A DNA stretch of 64,000 bases from Geopsychrobacteraceae bacterium (GTDB taxonomy: Bacteria; Desulfobacterota; Desulfuromonadia; Desulfuromonadales; Geopsychrobacteraceae): the NCBI GenBank assembly GCA_963662315.1, contig OY759353.1, positions 4,096,001 through 4,160,000 on the forward strand, read 5' to 3'. The stretch's first letter is position 1; every line of letters starts with the position of its first letter. Of this stretch, positions 21,267 through 31,759 are shown one piece after another. Position numbers and translations under genes: made by a program. A model generated the notes under the pieces. It ran no database searches. It was not told the origin of the DNA and saw only the letters and a list, made by a program, of their open reading frames with translations.

Positions 21267-22066
21267 CAGATATTATCATCTCCAAGATAAGCGGAAATAA
21301 CCGCAGGATTATTGCGAATCTCTTCCGGGTTGCCATCGGCAATCGTTTCCCCAAAATCGATAACCTTGATTTGGCTGCACAATTCCATGACAACATCCAT
21401 GTGGTGTTCAATCATCCAGATACTGACCTTGAAGGTATCATGAATCCAGCGAACCAGACGGATCAGATCTTTGACATCGGCAGAGTTCAGTCCCGCCGCG
21501 GGTTCATCGAGCAGCAGCAGTTGCGGATGGCTTGACAATGCACGGGCGATTTCAAGTTTTCGCTGAGTGCCGTAGGGCAGATTTTTCGGGTATTCGCTGG
21601 CAAAGCGTTTCAGGTCAAAAATTTCCAGTAACTCTTCTGCTTCCTGGGCAATCTCCGCCTCACGTTGTTTGTAGCGCTTATTGCGGATGATACTTTCGAA
21701 AAAGCTGTAACCCAGCTGATAGTGTTGGGCAACGCGAATATTATCCAGAACCGTCATGTCGTTCCAGAGGCGAATGTTCTGAAACGTTCTGGCGACACCC
21801 AAAGAGGTGACCCTGTGTGGCTTTAATCCGGCTGTTGCGTGGCCGTTGATCAGAATCTGCCCTTGGGTCGGCTGATAAAAGCCACTGACCAGGTTGAATA
21901 CCGTGGTTTTCCCGGCGCCGTTTGGACCGATCAGCCCGGTCAGTTCACCGGGCATCAGGGTGACATTAAAATCGGACACAGCCCTAAGTCCGCCAAACTG
22001 CTGCGTCATACTGCGAACTTCCAATACTGGAGTCACGTTCGGTTTTAATTGCGCATGTGTCATCAT
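21266..22066 (-). CDS. livG: Branched-chain amino acid ABC ATPase
   Basis: GPNGAGKTT, ARTFQNIRL, LPYGTQRKLEIARAL, LLDEPAAG. Confidence 0.92.
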   Translation of the reverse strand: MMTHAQLKPNVTPVLEVRSMTQQFGGLRAVSDFNVTLMPGELTGLIGPNGAGKTTVFNLVSGFYQPTQGQILINGHATAGLKPHRVTSLGVARTFQNIRLWNDMTVLDNIRVAQHYQLGYSFFESIIRNKRYKQREAEIAQEAEELLEIFDLKRFASEYPKNLPYGTQRKLEIARALSSHPQLLLLDEPAAGLNSADVKDLIRLVRWIHDTFKVSIWMIEHHMDVVMELCSQIKVIDFGETIADGNPEEIRNNPAVISAYLGDDNI

Positions 22067-23133
22067 TTAAACCTGTAGAATTTTTTGAGCTTGGGAAAAA
22101 TGTCGGACAGTTCACGGTTGCCCATGATCCCTTCGGGGCGGAACTGCATGACAATAACAAGGAGCAGTGGAATAACGACCCATTTTATCACCCCGGCCGA
22201 AGGCTCCCAATCCGGGAAAACCATGGTGAAAGGGGACATCAGCCCATCAATTATGGTCTGTGAACGGAGAACCTCGAGCAATCCGGTGAACAGGATGGCA
22301 GAAATAATAGCTCCCGAAAGTGATCCCATCCCGCCGAGGTAAACCATGACCATGGCTTCGGTAGATTTGAGGATGTTGAACGATTGCGGATTGACGTAAC
22401 CGATAATGTGGGCATAAAGCCCCCCGGCACACCCGGCCAGGCCCGCTGCCAGCATAAAATTGACAATTTTGATCTTGTTGGTATTGACGCTCATGATCTC
22501 TGCGGCAACTTCATCCTGGCAGATGGCATTAACTCCTTTACCGTAGGTTGATGTGATAAAGCGGCGGATAGTCCAGACGGTAAAGGTGGTGAACAGGATG
22601 ACCCAGAACAGCATCCAGGGACCTTCGAAGATATCAATCATGGCCCAGACAGTGTCTTTCATGCCTTGAAAACCACGGGATCCACCGATGAAATCTATAT
22701 TTTCCAGAGCGGAAATGATCATGTAATTAACCGCAATAGAGATAATAGCCAGATAGTCATCGCGTGTTTTGAAGGATGGAATCGAGACCAAGAGCGATGA
22801 CAAAGAGGCAACCAAACCACCGATCAGAAGAATAACCGGAAAGGCAATAATGACTGAGGCGGCCGGGAGTAACGGATCTCCGAACTTGGAGCCGAAGCAG
22901 AAAACCGATAGTATGGATGAAATATAGGCTCCGATGCACATAAATGCCGCGTGGCCACAGGTAAATTCACCCATATTACCATTGACCAGGTTCAGGCTGG
23001 TCGACATGATAATGTTAATCCCGATGGTCATAACGACGATCTGGACGTAATTGTCCAGAACTCCAAGATGGGCAAGGACCAGCAGGACGATTGCAAACGC
23101 GGCCATTAAAATGTTGAGAGAATATCTGGTCAT
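22063..23133 (-). CDS. livM: Branched-chain amino acid ABC permease
   Basis: Hydrophobic; GHAAF..IGAY, GGMGSLSGA, RPEGIMG. Confidence 0.9.
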   Translation of the reverse strand: MTRYSLNILMAAFAIVLLVLAHLGVLDNYVQIVVMTIGINIIMSTSLNLVNGNMGEFTCGHAAFMCIGAYISSILSVFCFGSKFGDPLLPAASVIIAFPVILLIGGLVASLSSLLVSIPSFKTRDDYLAIISIAVNYMIISALENIDFIGGSRGFQGMKDTVWAMIDIFEGPWMLFWVILFTTFTVWTIRRFITSTYGKGVNAICQDEVAAEIMSVNTNKIKIVNFMLAAGLAGCAGGLYAHIIGYVNPQSFNILKSTEAMVMVYLGGMGSLSGAIISAILFTGLLEVLRSQTIIDGLMSPFTMVFPDWEPSAGVIKWVVIPLLLVIVMQFRPEGIMGNRELSDIFPKLKKFYRFK

Positions 23134-23148
23134 GTCGATTTCTCCCGT

Positions 23149-24060
23149 TTATATCTTGGTCGATTGAGGCATGCCGAATAATCCGGTCGGCTTCATCCAC
23201 AAAATCAGCAGTAGAATGGTAAAGGCAAAAAGGTCGCGGTAAGTTGACGGGAAAACGGTCACCACACCGACTTCGATAAAACCGAGCAGAAAGCCGCCAA
23301 CAAAAGCGCCCTTAATGTCTCCGATGCCGCCGACAACCGCGGCAATGAATGCTTTCCAGCCGATCAGCATGCCCATGAATGGTTCCAGGACCGGGTAGCT
23401 CATGGCAAACAGCAATCCGGCCAGCCCGGCAAAACCGGAACCCAGGATAAAGGTAAAAACGATGATATTATCCATGGGAATACCCATCAACGGAATGGCA
23501 AATTTGTCGTAGGAGATGCCACGCATTGCCATACCGATACGGGTCTTGGTAACGATCCATTGTAAAAACAAAAAGACCATGATAGCGGTAAAAATAACCA
23601 GGACTTTCAGATTGGTGACGGTAATTCCGCCAATGTGCCAAATGGATTTTTCAATCAGTTCCGGGAATTTCAGTCGACTGGCGCCAAGTACGGCAAGGTT
23701 GGAATATTCAAGGACCAGTCCGCACATCAATGCCGTGATGACCACGTAAAGGCGGTGGGCTCCTTTACGACGCAGGGGACGATAGGCAATGCGTTCCAGG
23801 GTGACTCCGACACAGGCCGTCAGCAACATGGTCAGCGGCACCGTCAGGGCGAAAGTCAGGGCCGGAGATAAGCCGATCATCGGTTTTAACAGAAAGCTGG
23901 CGACAAAGAACGAGATGTAGGCTCCGACCATAAAAATATCGCCGTGGGCGAAGTTGATGAGCCGCAACACCCCATAGACCAAGGTGTAGCCAAGCGCAAT
24001 CAGGGCATAAAAACTGCCCCACTGCAAGGCATTCAAAATATTCTGAAAGATGAAATCCAC
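23149..24060 (-). CDS. livH: Branched-chain amino acid ABC permease (GTG start)
   Basis: YALIALGYTLVYGVLRLINFAHGD, KAFIAAVVGGIG. Confidence 0.92.
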   Translation of the reverse strand: MDFIFQNILNALQWGSFYALIALGYTLVYGVLRLINFAHGDIFMVGAYISFFVASFLLKPMIGLSPALTFALTVPLTMLLTACVGVTLERIAYRPLRRKGAHRLYVVITALMCGLVLEYSNLAVLGASRLKFPELIEKSIWHIGGITVTNLKVLVIFTAIMVFLFLQWIVTKTRIGMAMRGISYDKFAIPLMGIPMDNIIVFTFILGSGFAGLAGLLFAMSYPVLEPFMGMLIGWKAFIAAVVGGIGDIKGAFVGGFLLGFIEVGVVTVFPSTYRDLFAFTILLLILWMKPTGLFGMPQSTKI

Positions 24061-24171
24061 TGAGGTCCTTCCTTGTGCATAAACGTGTTAAGAAAAGGTG
24101 ATTTTTAGAAGCAAACCCAAAAGTAAAGCGGGGGCATGAGCCCCCGCGCTGCTAGATATAAGAGTGTCAGG

Positions 24172-25335
24172 TTAAGGGCAAACGGATTCTTCAAAGACAA
24201 ACTGGCCCTGTTCAGAGATTTTAACGACAACGGCGCATTTAATGGGGTCGCCCTGTGCGTCAAATTTGGAAGAACCGGTGATGCCATCAAATGATTTGAT
24301 CGCGGCCAAACCGTCGCGTACCGCCTGGCGCATTTTGCGCGGGCTCTTTTCGACTTTACCGGCATTTTTGATTCCTTCTACCAGAAGACCGATGGAATCC
24401 CAGGTCAGAGCTGCATAGTCCGCAGGTTCTGAACCGTATTTCGCAACATAGCGATCGATAAATACCTTTGTCGCACCCTTTGCGCCAGCTGCAGCATAGT
24501 GCGTCGAGAAATATTGGCCATAGCACTCTTCGCCACACAGTTTGATCAGGTCTGGAGTTCCCCAGGCATCAGAACCCATGAAGGGCCCTTTATAGCCAAG
24601 ATCCCGGGCCTGTTGAATAATCAGGGCAACCTGGTTGTAGTTGTCAGGAACAAAAATAAAGTCAGGTTTGGCCGCGACTATTGTGGTCAGCTGGGCAGAG
24701 AAATCCTGATCTTTGGTTCCGTGAGATTCAAATGCCACAACCGGACCAAGGTTTTTACTTTCCCAGGATGATTTGAAAATGTCAGCAAGTCCCTTTGAGT
24801 AGTCATTCGAGACATCAAACAGAACCGCGGATGTTTTTGCGCCGAATTTTTTAGCCGCAAAATCGGCAGCAACTGGTCCTTGGAAGGGGTCAAGGAAAGC
24901 CGCACGGAAAACCCACGGGCGGTCTTTGGTTGTGTCTGGGTTGGTTGACCAGGGAGAAATCATCGGTACCCGGTTATCGTTACAGGTGCCGCCAGCAGGA
25001 ACTGCCTGCTTGGAAGAGTTTGGCCCGATAATGGCAACAACCTCTTCCTGCTCGATCAATTTAAGAGCCGCGCTGACAGCGGATTCGGCCTTGGACTCAT
25101 TGTCCATAAAAATAAACTCAAGTTTATACTTTTTGCCGCCAACTTCGAGTCCTCCGGCACCGTTAATGTCGGCCAGGTACATCTCGGCAGCATTTTTGGA
25201 CCCTTCGCCAACCTCGGGGATGTCGCCGGTCAAAGGCAGGTTAAACCCTATTTTGATGGTATCAGCGGCAAACGCGGGAATGACAAGCAGTAGCGTCAGG
25301 AACAGGGAGAGCATGGTGCATAATAGACGTTTCAT
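24172..25335 (-). CDS. Branched-chain amino acid ABC substrate-binding protein (LivJ/K family)
   Basis: Signal peptide, IKIGFNLPLTG, INGAGG, DFSAQLT. Confidence 0.9.
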   Translation of the reverse strand: MKRLLCTMLSLFLTLLLVIPAFAADTIKIGFNLPLTGDIPEVGEGSKNAAEMYLADINGAGGLEVGGKKYKLEFIFMDNESKAESAVSAALKLIEQEEVVAIIGPNSSKQAVPAGGTCNDNRVPMISPWSTNPDTTKDRPWVFRAAFLDPFQGPVAADFAAKKFGAKTSAVLFDVSNDYSKGLADIFKSSWESKNLGPVVAFESHGTKDQDFSAQLTTIVAAKPDFIFVPDNYNQVALIIQQARDLGYKGPFMGSDAWGTPDLIKLCGEECYGQYFSTHYAAAGAKGATKVFIDRYVAKYGSEPADYAALTWDSIGLLVEGIKNAGKVEKSPRKMRQAVRDGLAAIKSFDGITGSSKFDAQGDPIKCAVVVKISEQGQFVFEESVCP

Positions 25336-25386
25336 AGTTCCTCCTAAGTAGGATTTAGAATGCGGTTCTATCAGGATGCAGGGGGG

Positions 25387-25480
25387 AAATAAAAACCGCC
25401 TGCCGGGTACACTTGTTCCGGATGCGGGCGGCGTCTTTGCTCGACCTAAAATTGAACGAGAGTCGTTTTCATCATTGAAA
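25387..25480 (-). promoter_or_regulatory. Leader terminator with ANTAR-type twin hexaloop hairpins upstream of the liv operon
   Basis: Minus strand TTTC-AATGAT-GAAA and GC-AAAGAC-GC (both AxxGxx loops); the second overlaps the 5' arm of terminator CCGCC...GGCGG-TTTTTATTT. Confidence 0.55.
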
Positions 25481-25770
25481 GCTACAAACTTCTTTTTTTC
25501 ATTAAACTGTATCTTTTTTCAAAACAGGAAAAAATGCAACAATTATTATTAACGCATGATTGGCAAATGAGCGCGATTATCGGGACTTTATGACGTTGTT
25601 GACTGAGATTCTTGAGAAAACACCAGCGAAGTTGTAAATAGTTTTACCTAAGAATGCAAAATTCACCGGTTGACGTTCGCCATGCGTTGCAAAAATCGCC
25701 CTAACCTGCCATATTTTAGCGAAGTTTGTTCACCATCGCCCGTGACGTATTGTTCGAGGAACCAGGTAGC

Positions 25771-26064
25771 ATGAGCCCACGCCCTAGAAAACCAAGGAAT
25801 TGTTGCCCCAGCAGGCGGCCTACTGACCATATCTTCAAACCGGCCGGGACCCCGATGTCGGAACTGCAAGGGCTGGAGCTGGAAGCTGATGAACTTGAAG
25901 CGATGACACTCTGTGATCGAGACGGTCTGACTCAGGCCCAGGCGGGAGAGCAGATGGGGATCTCACGGGGAACTGTTCAGCGCCTGGTTACCAGTGGCCG
26001 CAAAAAAGTTGTGGAGGCTCTGGTTACCGGCTATGCGCTGGTCATTAAACCTCATGAACCATAA
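25771..26064 (+). CDS. DUF134 family DNA-binding protein
   Basis: MSPRPRKPR..FKPAG..DELEAMTLCD..LTQAQAGEQMGISRGT..GRKK. Confidence 0.85.
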   Translation: MSPRPRKPRNCCPSRRPTDHIFKPAGTPMSELQGLELEADELEAMTLCDRDGLTQAQAGEQMGISRGTVQRLVTSGRKKVVEALVTGYALVIKPHEP

Positions 26065-27061
26065 TTCCGGACGGTTGTGATGCGACGGGCAGCAATTGTT
26101 GGCGTTGGCATAACCGCAGGTTACTCCCCGGTTGCTTTTTGGCGGCTGATTTTGTTTCGGTACAGATATCAACAACTTCGAGAACATTGCTGAATGTTCT
26201 TTTGCTCAGATCAACGCCCCCCATACTTAAGCTGATCAGTGGGTAACGTTTTTCCTCCCCGTCCCTTCCCTCAGCAATGATATACCCGGCATGGCGATCC
26301 CGGTCATTGTAGAATTGGGGAATCCCTTCATCGATACGGCGAACAATATCCTGGCACACCTGCGCACATTTTTGGCTGGCAACGCTAAAGACAAAATCAT
26401 CTCCGCCAATATGACCGAGAAAGGCATTGGCACAGCCATGCTGTTGCAGCGCAACCCGGATGACATTAGCGGTAAAGGCAATGACATCGTCACCTTTGGC
26501 AAAACCATAATGATCATTAAATGGTTTAAAGTTGTCCAGATCTGCATAGACAATGCAGACGGAATCTCTGCTGGACAGGGCCCGTTCAATTTCCATCAGA
26601 ACGCTGTTATTTCCGGGGAGCTGGGTATTCGGATTGGCATCAAGGGCCAGCTGATGCAGCTGCCTGAGTTCTTTAAATGCGTCACTGAGTTTAAATTGGT
26701 TTTTGATCCGGGCCAGTACAATTGGCGCATTGAAGGGGCGGGCGATAAAATCGTCTGCTCCGGCTTTAAAGGCATCGGCTTCAGTGCTGACACGGTTGTC
26801 TGAAGTAACGAAAATAATCGGGATGTTGGCTGTTGCGGAGGTTTGTTTCAGTTTACGGCAGATGTCAATGCCGCTGGCATCGGGCAACCGGGTGTCGAGC
26901 AGAATCATGTCGATTGCGTGCATGGTGAGCTGTTTGTCAATATCATGCGCGCTTTGGGCGGTGGCGACCAGATAGGCATCTTTGAGCGTGCCAATCAGGG
27001 TTGCGGCATTCAAGGCGTCTTTATCAGCAATTAAAATTCGCTTTTTGCTGTTAGGGGCCAT
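26045..27061 (-). CDS. Response regulator receiver plus GGDEF-type (GGDDF) domain protein
   Basis: N-terminal REC; ANPNTQLPGN, DLDNFKPFNDHYGF..GD, HIGGDDF. Confidence 0.88.
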   Translation of the reverse strand: MAPNSKKRILIADKDALNAATLIGTLKDAYLVATAQSAHDIDKQLTMHAIDMILLDTRLPDASGIDICRKLKQTSATANIPIIFVTSDNRVSTEADAFKAGADDFIARPFNAPIVLARIKNQFKLSDAFKELRQLHQLALDANPNTQLPGNNSVLMEIERALSSRDSVCIVYADLDNFKPFNDHYGFAKGDDVIAFTANVIRVALQQHGCANAFLGHIGGDDFVFSVASQKCAQVCQDIVRRIDEGIPQFYNDRDRHAGYIIAEGRDGEEKRYPLISLSMGGVDLSKRTFSNVLEVVDICTETKSAAKKQPGSNLRLCQRQQLLPVASQPSGIMVHEV

Positions 27062-27140
27062 ACTGATCCTGTCGCTAATAGGTCTATTAACAATATCAGA
27101 ATCGTTGCCAAAGTGCTAATCTGAATCATTTTTTGGCGCT

Positions 27141-27178
27141 AAAAAACCTGGCCCAACGCAATGTCGGACCAGGTTTTC
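27141..27178 (-). terminator. Intrinsic terminator of the 27189-27590 gene
   Basis: AAAACCTGG...CCAGGTTTT hairpin with a T-tract on the minus strand. Confidence 0.6.
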
Positions 27179-27188
27179 CGAGGCTCGC

Positions 27189-27590
27189 TCAGGTCAAGTA
27201 ATGTGAGACCAGTTTACCGTTTTCATAGCTACGGGCACCGTCCGAGCGCTCGATAATCGCGCATTCAGTTGGCGAATCAACCCTCAGGCCGACGACCTTG
27301 TAATTGAAGTTCCCGCGTTGAAATGACTTGCCCAGCCATTCAGCACGCATGCCAAAGCTTTCCGCGTAACAGAGGAAATCTTCCTCTTCTTTTTCGCTGG
27401 CCACGGTTTTCTCCCGTTCGGCAACAGTAAACTGACAATAGGCGGAAAAGGTTGTGGCATCCGGGAACATCCGGGTGTTATGTAGCTCGACCTTAATGCC
27501 GTACTCCTCGGCAATCGGGGCCAGTGCCGCCCTGATTTTGGCTTCGATTTCGCCACAGATGGAAGGGGTGAGTTTCTTGACCGGGGTCAT
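27189..27590 (-). CDS. Hypothetical protein
   Basis: ORF with AAGGAG RBS ahead of ATG at 27590 (MTPVKKL...); family not recognised. Confidence 0.7.
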   Translation of the reverse strand: MTPVKKLTPSICGEIEAKIRAALAPIAEEYGIKVELHNTRMFPDATTFSAYCQFTVAEREKTVASEKEEEDFLCYAESFGMRAEWLGKSFQRGNFNYKVVGLRVDSPTECAIIERSDGARSYENGKLVSHYLT

Positions 27591-27938
27591 GTGAGATTCT
27601 CCTTTCAGCAATGAAACAGGCAGTAGCGTAAAGAAGAGATTACGAGGAGGACATCATTGGCCGCCGGCTGGTCCTGGGTGAAGTATTGCGCCGGATCACC
27701 GGCCACAAGATGACTGGCTGCCGTAGCCAGTTTCAGGACTGAACCTCTTAAGAAAAGTCCCCGCAGGCCTTTAGGCAAGACCCCCAGGGGAGCGTTCAAC
27801 TCGACTATATATTAGCACTTCGACAGACAGGAGCAAGTCGGTAATTGCCACTTCATCTAAAAAGAAGCCTGTCCATGAGGAGTACGGGTATAAACGTGCT
27901 TCCCCGAGAAAAAGAGGGGGGCTGTGGCAAACTGCTGA

Positions 27939-28799
27939 TCAGCGCAGCAACAATAATGGTTGCTTGGTGTTGAGCAGCATTTTGACAGTAAAACTGCCAA
28001 TCAGTAAATCGCGAATTCTGGTGTGGCTGAAGGCACCCATGACAGTCAGATCAATCTGTTCCTGCTGCTGATACTGGCACAGCGCCGCTTCGGGTGGGCC
28101 ACTCAGTTCTGTCGCCGTGACCTGATAACCGGCTTGTTGGAGGCGGGCACTTGCCTGCTCAATTTTATCTTTGACCTTGGTGGATGGGTTCACATAGACC
28201 AGGTGACAAGGGAGCCCTTTGAGCAAGGGTCGGTCGGTCAGCATCTGCAGCGCCTTATGGGAACCATCACTGCCGTCAAAGGCAAGCATCACCCGACTGG
28301 GAGTCGAAAACTCTCGGTTGACGACAAAAATCGGTTTATACAGTGATCTGGCAACGCCTTCAAGGTGTTGTCCCAGGAGTTGCTCCTGCCCCATGTGTTC
28401 ATGACCTCGAATGCCCATGAATAACACCCGTATGTCATCTTCGCAGTCAATAAGAGCGTCCTGTAATGTGCCGCGCCGCTGACGCAATACCGGCGCTGGG
28501 TGACCATCCTTAACCAGTTGGTCACTCAGGCGGTGCAACATATTCTTGCCTTCTTCAAGCAGGATGCGGCTGCGTTTTTCTTCGAGGCTGACCAGTTCTT
28601 CCAGTAACTGTTCTCTGGCCCCCAGGCCAATGCTGCCACTGAGGTCACTGGCAGATGACATCCGTTCCTCAATGGTGTGTAACAGTTTCAGGCTGACCCC
28701 GACTTTTTCACTGGCCCAGGCGGCATAGGCGCAAACGGCGTTGGTAAAAGGTGAACCGTCGACACAGGCGACATTCATGGCAGTAGGGTTAACAAGCAT
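27939..28799 (-). CDS. Universal stress protein with tandem Usp domains
   Basis: ACVDGS, LAFDGS, VMGAFSHTRIRDLLIGSFT. Confidence 0.9.
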   Translation of the reverse strand: MLVNPTAMNVACVDGSPFTNAVCAYAAWASEKVGVSLKLLHTIEERMSSASDLSGSIGLGAREQLLEELVSLEEKRSRILLEEGKNMLHRLSDQLVKDGHPAPVLRQRRGTLQDALIDCEDDIRVLFMGIRGHEHMGQEQLLGQHLEGVARSLYKPIFVVNREFSTPSRVMLAFDGSDGSHKALQMLTDRPLLKGLPCHLVYVNPSTKVKDKIEQASARLQQAGYQVTATELSGPPEAALCQYQQQEQIDLTVMGAFSHTRIRDLLIGSFTVKMLLNTKQPLLLLR

Positions 28800-30283
28800 C
28801 AGTGACCTCCCAGGACGCGTTCAAGTTCTTCCGGCTTATCATAACAGCCAAAACGATCGATCATTGTTTCGCTGGCTTCATTCAGGCCGACAACATTTAC
28901 TTTGATCCCGTTGCGGCGAAATTTGATGACGGTTTTATCCAGTGCTCCAACGGCAGAAATATCCCAGAAATGAGCGCGGCTCAGATCGATGGTAATTTCG
29001 TCCAGTATTTCACGAAAATCGAAACCTGCAACAAATTTACCGGCTGAAGCAAAGAAGACCTGACCGACCACCCGATAACAGCGATGGTCTTGTGATTCGT
29101 TGAGACTGGAACGAATATACATGAAGTGGCCAATCTTGTTGGCAAAAAACAGGGCGGCCAAAAGCACGCCGGCCAGTACGCCAAAAGCCAGATTATGAGT
29201 CACAACGACGACAACGACGGTGGTCAGAATGACAACGTTGGTCGATAGTGGTCGCCTGCGGGCCTCGCGAATTGAGTCCCAGTTAAAGGTTCCGATTGAA
29301 ACCATGATCATGACTGAAACCAGTGCTGCCATGGGGATAATCGAGACCAGATCACTCAAGAAGACAACCAGAATCAGCAGCATAACCCCGGCAACCAGGG
29401 TGGACAGCCGCCCGCGCCCCCCAGATTTCACATTGATAACCGATTGCCCGATCATAGCACAACCGGCCATACCGCCCAGCAGCCCGGCTCCGATATTGGC
29501 CAGCCCCTGGCCTTTGCATTCACGGTTACGGTCACTTTCGGTGTCGGTGAGATCGTCGACAATGGTTGAGGTCATCAGTGATTCGAGCAGGCCAACGACC
29601 GCCAATGCCAGAGAGTAAGGGAAAATAATTTTCAGTGTTGCCAGGTTAAACGGAACATCCGGGATCAGGAATACCGGTAACGAATCGGGCAGCTCACCCA
29701 TGTCTCCGACAGCTCTGATATCGAGCTTGAGGACATAGCTGACAATGGTCAGGACAATGATACAGACCAGGGGTGACGGGATGGTTTTATTCAGGCGCGG
29801 GAAGGTATAGATAATCGTCAGCCCGGCGGCCGTCATGGCGTAAACGTGCCAGGTTACGTTGGTCAATTCCGGAAGCTGAGCCATGAAAATCAGAATGGCC
29901 AGGGCATTGACAAAGCCGGTTACCACCGCCCGTGATACAAAGCGCATCAATTCACCTAATTTCAGGTAGCCGGCAATGATCTGCAAGACACCGGTCAGAA
30001 TGGTTGCCGCCAGCAGGTATTGCAATCCATGTTCCCTGATCAGCGACCCCATAAGCAGAGCCATTGCACCGGTGGCCGCTGAAATCATGCCGGGGCGGCC
30101 GCCACAGACGGCGCTAATGACGGCAATACAGAACGAGGCATAGAGTCCGACTTTGGGATCAACGCCGGCAATAATTGAAAAAGCAATAGCTTCAGGGATA
30201 AGGGCCAGGGCAACAACACAGCCTGCCAGGAGATCGGCTCGGGTATTTCCCAGCCAATCCTGTTTTTTCGAGAGTAACAGCAT
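28799..30283 (-). CDS. SulP family anion transporter with STAS domain
   Basis: [38 protein letters not shown]. Confidence 0.92.
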   Translation of the reverse strand: MLLLSKKQDWLGNTRADLLAGCVVALALIPEAIAFSIIAGVDPKVGLYASFCIAVISAVCGGRPGMISAATGAMALLMGSLIREHGLQYLLAATILTGVLQIIAGYLKLGELMRFVSRAVVTGFVNALAILIFMAQLPELTNVTWHVYAMTAAGLTIIYTFPRLNKTIPSPLVCIIVLTIVSYVLKLDIRAVGDMGELPDSLPVFLIPDVPFNLATLKIIFPYSLALAVVGLLESLMTSTIVDDLTDTESDRNRECKGQGLANIGAGLLGGMAGCAMIGQSVINVKSGGRGRLSTLVAGVMLLILVVFLSDLVSIIPMAALVSVMIMVSIGTFNWDSIREARRRPLSTNVVILTTVVVVVVTHNLAFGVLAGVLLAALFFANKIGHFMYIRSSLNESQDHRCYRVVGQVFFASAGKFVAGFDFREILDEITIDLSRAHFWDISAVGALDKTVIKFRRNGIKVNVVGLNEASETMIDRFGCYDKPEELERVLGGH

Positions 30284-30403
30284 GTCTTTCCTTTGTCGTA
30301 TATGAATTAAAAAACGAATGTTTCGAATATGGAGAAAATGTCTAAATGTTGAGGTGGATGCAAAAAGCCGTGGATGTTATCCGAAGGTTAAGCGAGAGAC
30401 AAG

Positions 30404-31759
30404 TTAAAAATTATTCGAAATGCCGGTTGTAACGGGTGCTTTTGCGGCCTGGGCAATCTGCTCCGGCTTTTGATCCATTTTTGCCATAAGAGATGTGACG
30501 AGCTCTTTGAACTTTGGCAGTTTGTCTTTGGGGATAGAGGCAGCCATGGGGATTTTGGCTTTAACTGCATTCACCACGCGGCCATTGATGTGCATCTCGT
30601 AATGCAGGTGCGGGCCGGTTGACCGACCAGTATTGCCGGACAGGGCGATGGTTTGGCCTCGCTCAACATGTTGCCCCCGTTTGACCAGGATTTTGCTGAG
30701 GTGAAGAAAACGGGTTTTGTAGTGGCTGCCGTGCTGAATCTCGACATATTTTCCTGCATAAGGGTGACTGATAACCCGAGTCACAACGCCATCGCCTGGA
30801 GATTGGATGCGGGTTCCCGTTGGCATGGCAAAGTCGGTTCCATTGTGTGGTGAAATGCGTTTGGTAATCGGATGACGACGGCGCGGGTTAAACGGTGAAC
30901 TGATACGGTAATTTCCGGTGAAAGGATAGCGTCGAAACGCCCGGGCCAGGCTCTCTCCGTTATGATCGTAATAATTACCATCTTCAAACAGAAAAGCGTC
31001 TATTTCATAGCGGTAGCCGTCGATACGGATAGCGAGAATCTGCGATTGCCCGGTTTTAACGCCGTTGACATATTGATCGCTGCGGATCACCTCAAAGCGA
31101 TCACCGGCGCGCATATCTCTGCTGAAATTGAGCTTGGCATCAAACAAATCGGCAATATTCGCCGTTTCCTGTTCGGTCAATCCGGCTGCCATGGCCGACA
31201 AGAAGAAACTGCCTTGAATCTCGCCATTGACAATATTTTCTTGCCAATCTCCGGGAATTTCAACTTCCTTAAATTCAAAGGTTTCAGAATCAACACGCGA
31301 ATACAGGACCTGCTTGCCGGGATGGATGAACAGTTCCATGGTTTGCAGAATTCTGGTTTCTGGATCCAGAGTAAAGGTCAGACGGTTTCCGGGGCGCAGG
31401 ACGTCCAGGGCGAGCAGTTGTTCATCAGCGGCGAGCACCTGGTACATGGTCTGCTGATCAATATGAAAGCCGTCAAAGATGGCGCTTAAAGTATCACCAT
31501 CACTGATGTCGCGTGTAAAAATATGGTCAGGGACAGCTGGAGCAGGAGGTAGGTCTGAAGGGGAGATTTCCGGAATGACAGCTGCTGCAGGCGGTGAGGT
31601 GACCAGTTCTGGTTCGGGAACGGAAGCATCTGGACTGCTTGGCATGAAGGCTCGGATACTGATCGCAATAAAAAGGAATAAGACCGAAAAGAGAATGCGC
31701 CGGTTGCGGCGTTTCCGTTTTCTTTGGCGTTCGAGTGACGATGTCCAGACAGCATTCAT
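30404..31759 (-). CDS. M23 murein DD-endopeptidase (MepM-like)
   Basis: HNGTDFA, HLSKI, GNTGRSTGPHLHYE. Confidence 0.9.
   Translation of the reverse strand: MNAVWTSSLERQRKRKRRNRRILFSVLFLFIAISIRAFMPSSPDASVPEPELVTSPPAAAVIPEISPSDLPPAPAVPDHIFTRDISDGDTLSAIFDGFHIDQQTMYQVLAADEQLLALDVLRPGNRLTFTLDPETRILQTMELFIHPGKQVLYSRVDSETFEFKEVEIPGDWQENIVNGEIQGSFFLSAMAAGLTEQETANIADLFDAKLNFSRDMRAGDRFEVIRSDQYVNGVKTGQSQILAIRIDGYRYEIDAFLFEDGNYYDHNGESLARAFRRYPFTGNYRISSPFNPRRRHPITKRISPHNGTDFAMPTGTRIQSPGDGVVTRVISHPYAGKYVEIQHGSHYKTRFLHLSKILVKRGQHVERGQTIALSGNTGRSTGPHLHYEMHINGRVVNAVKAKIPMAASIPKDKLPKFKELVTSLMAKMDQKPEQIAQAAKAPVTTGISNNF

Noticed and set aside
27640..27800. 6S RNA or c-di-GMP-I riboswitch assignment
   Set aside because: Lacks the long end-to-end 6S rod and the GEMM GAAA-tetraloop/receptor consensus; kept as an unassigned structured leader.
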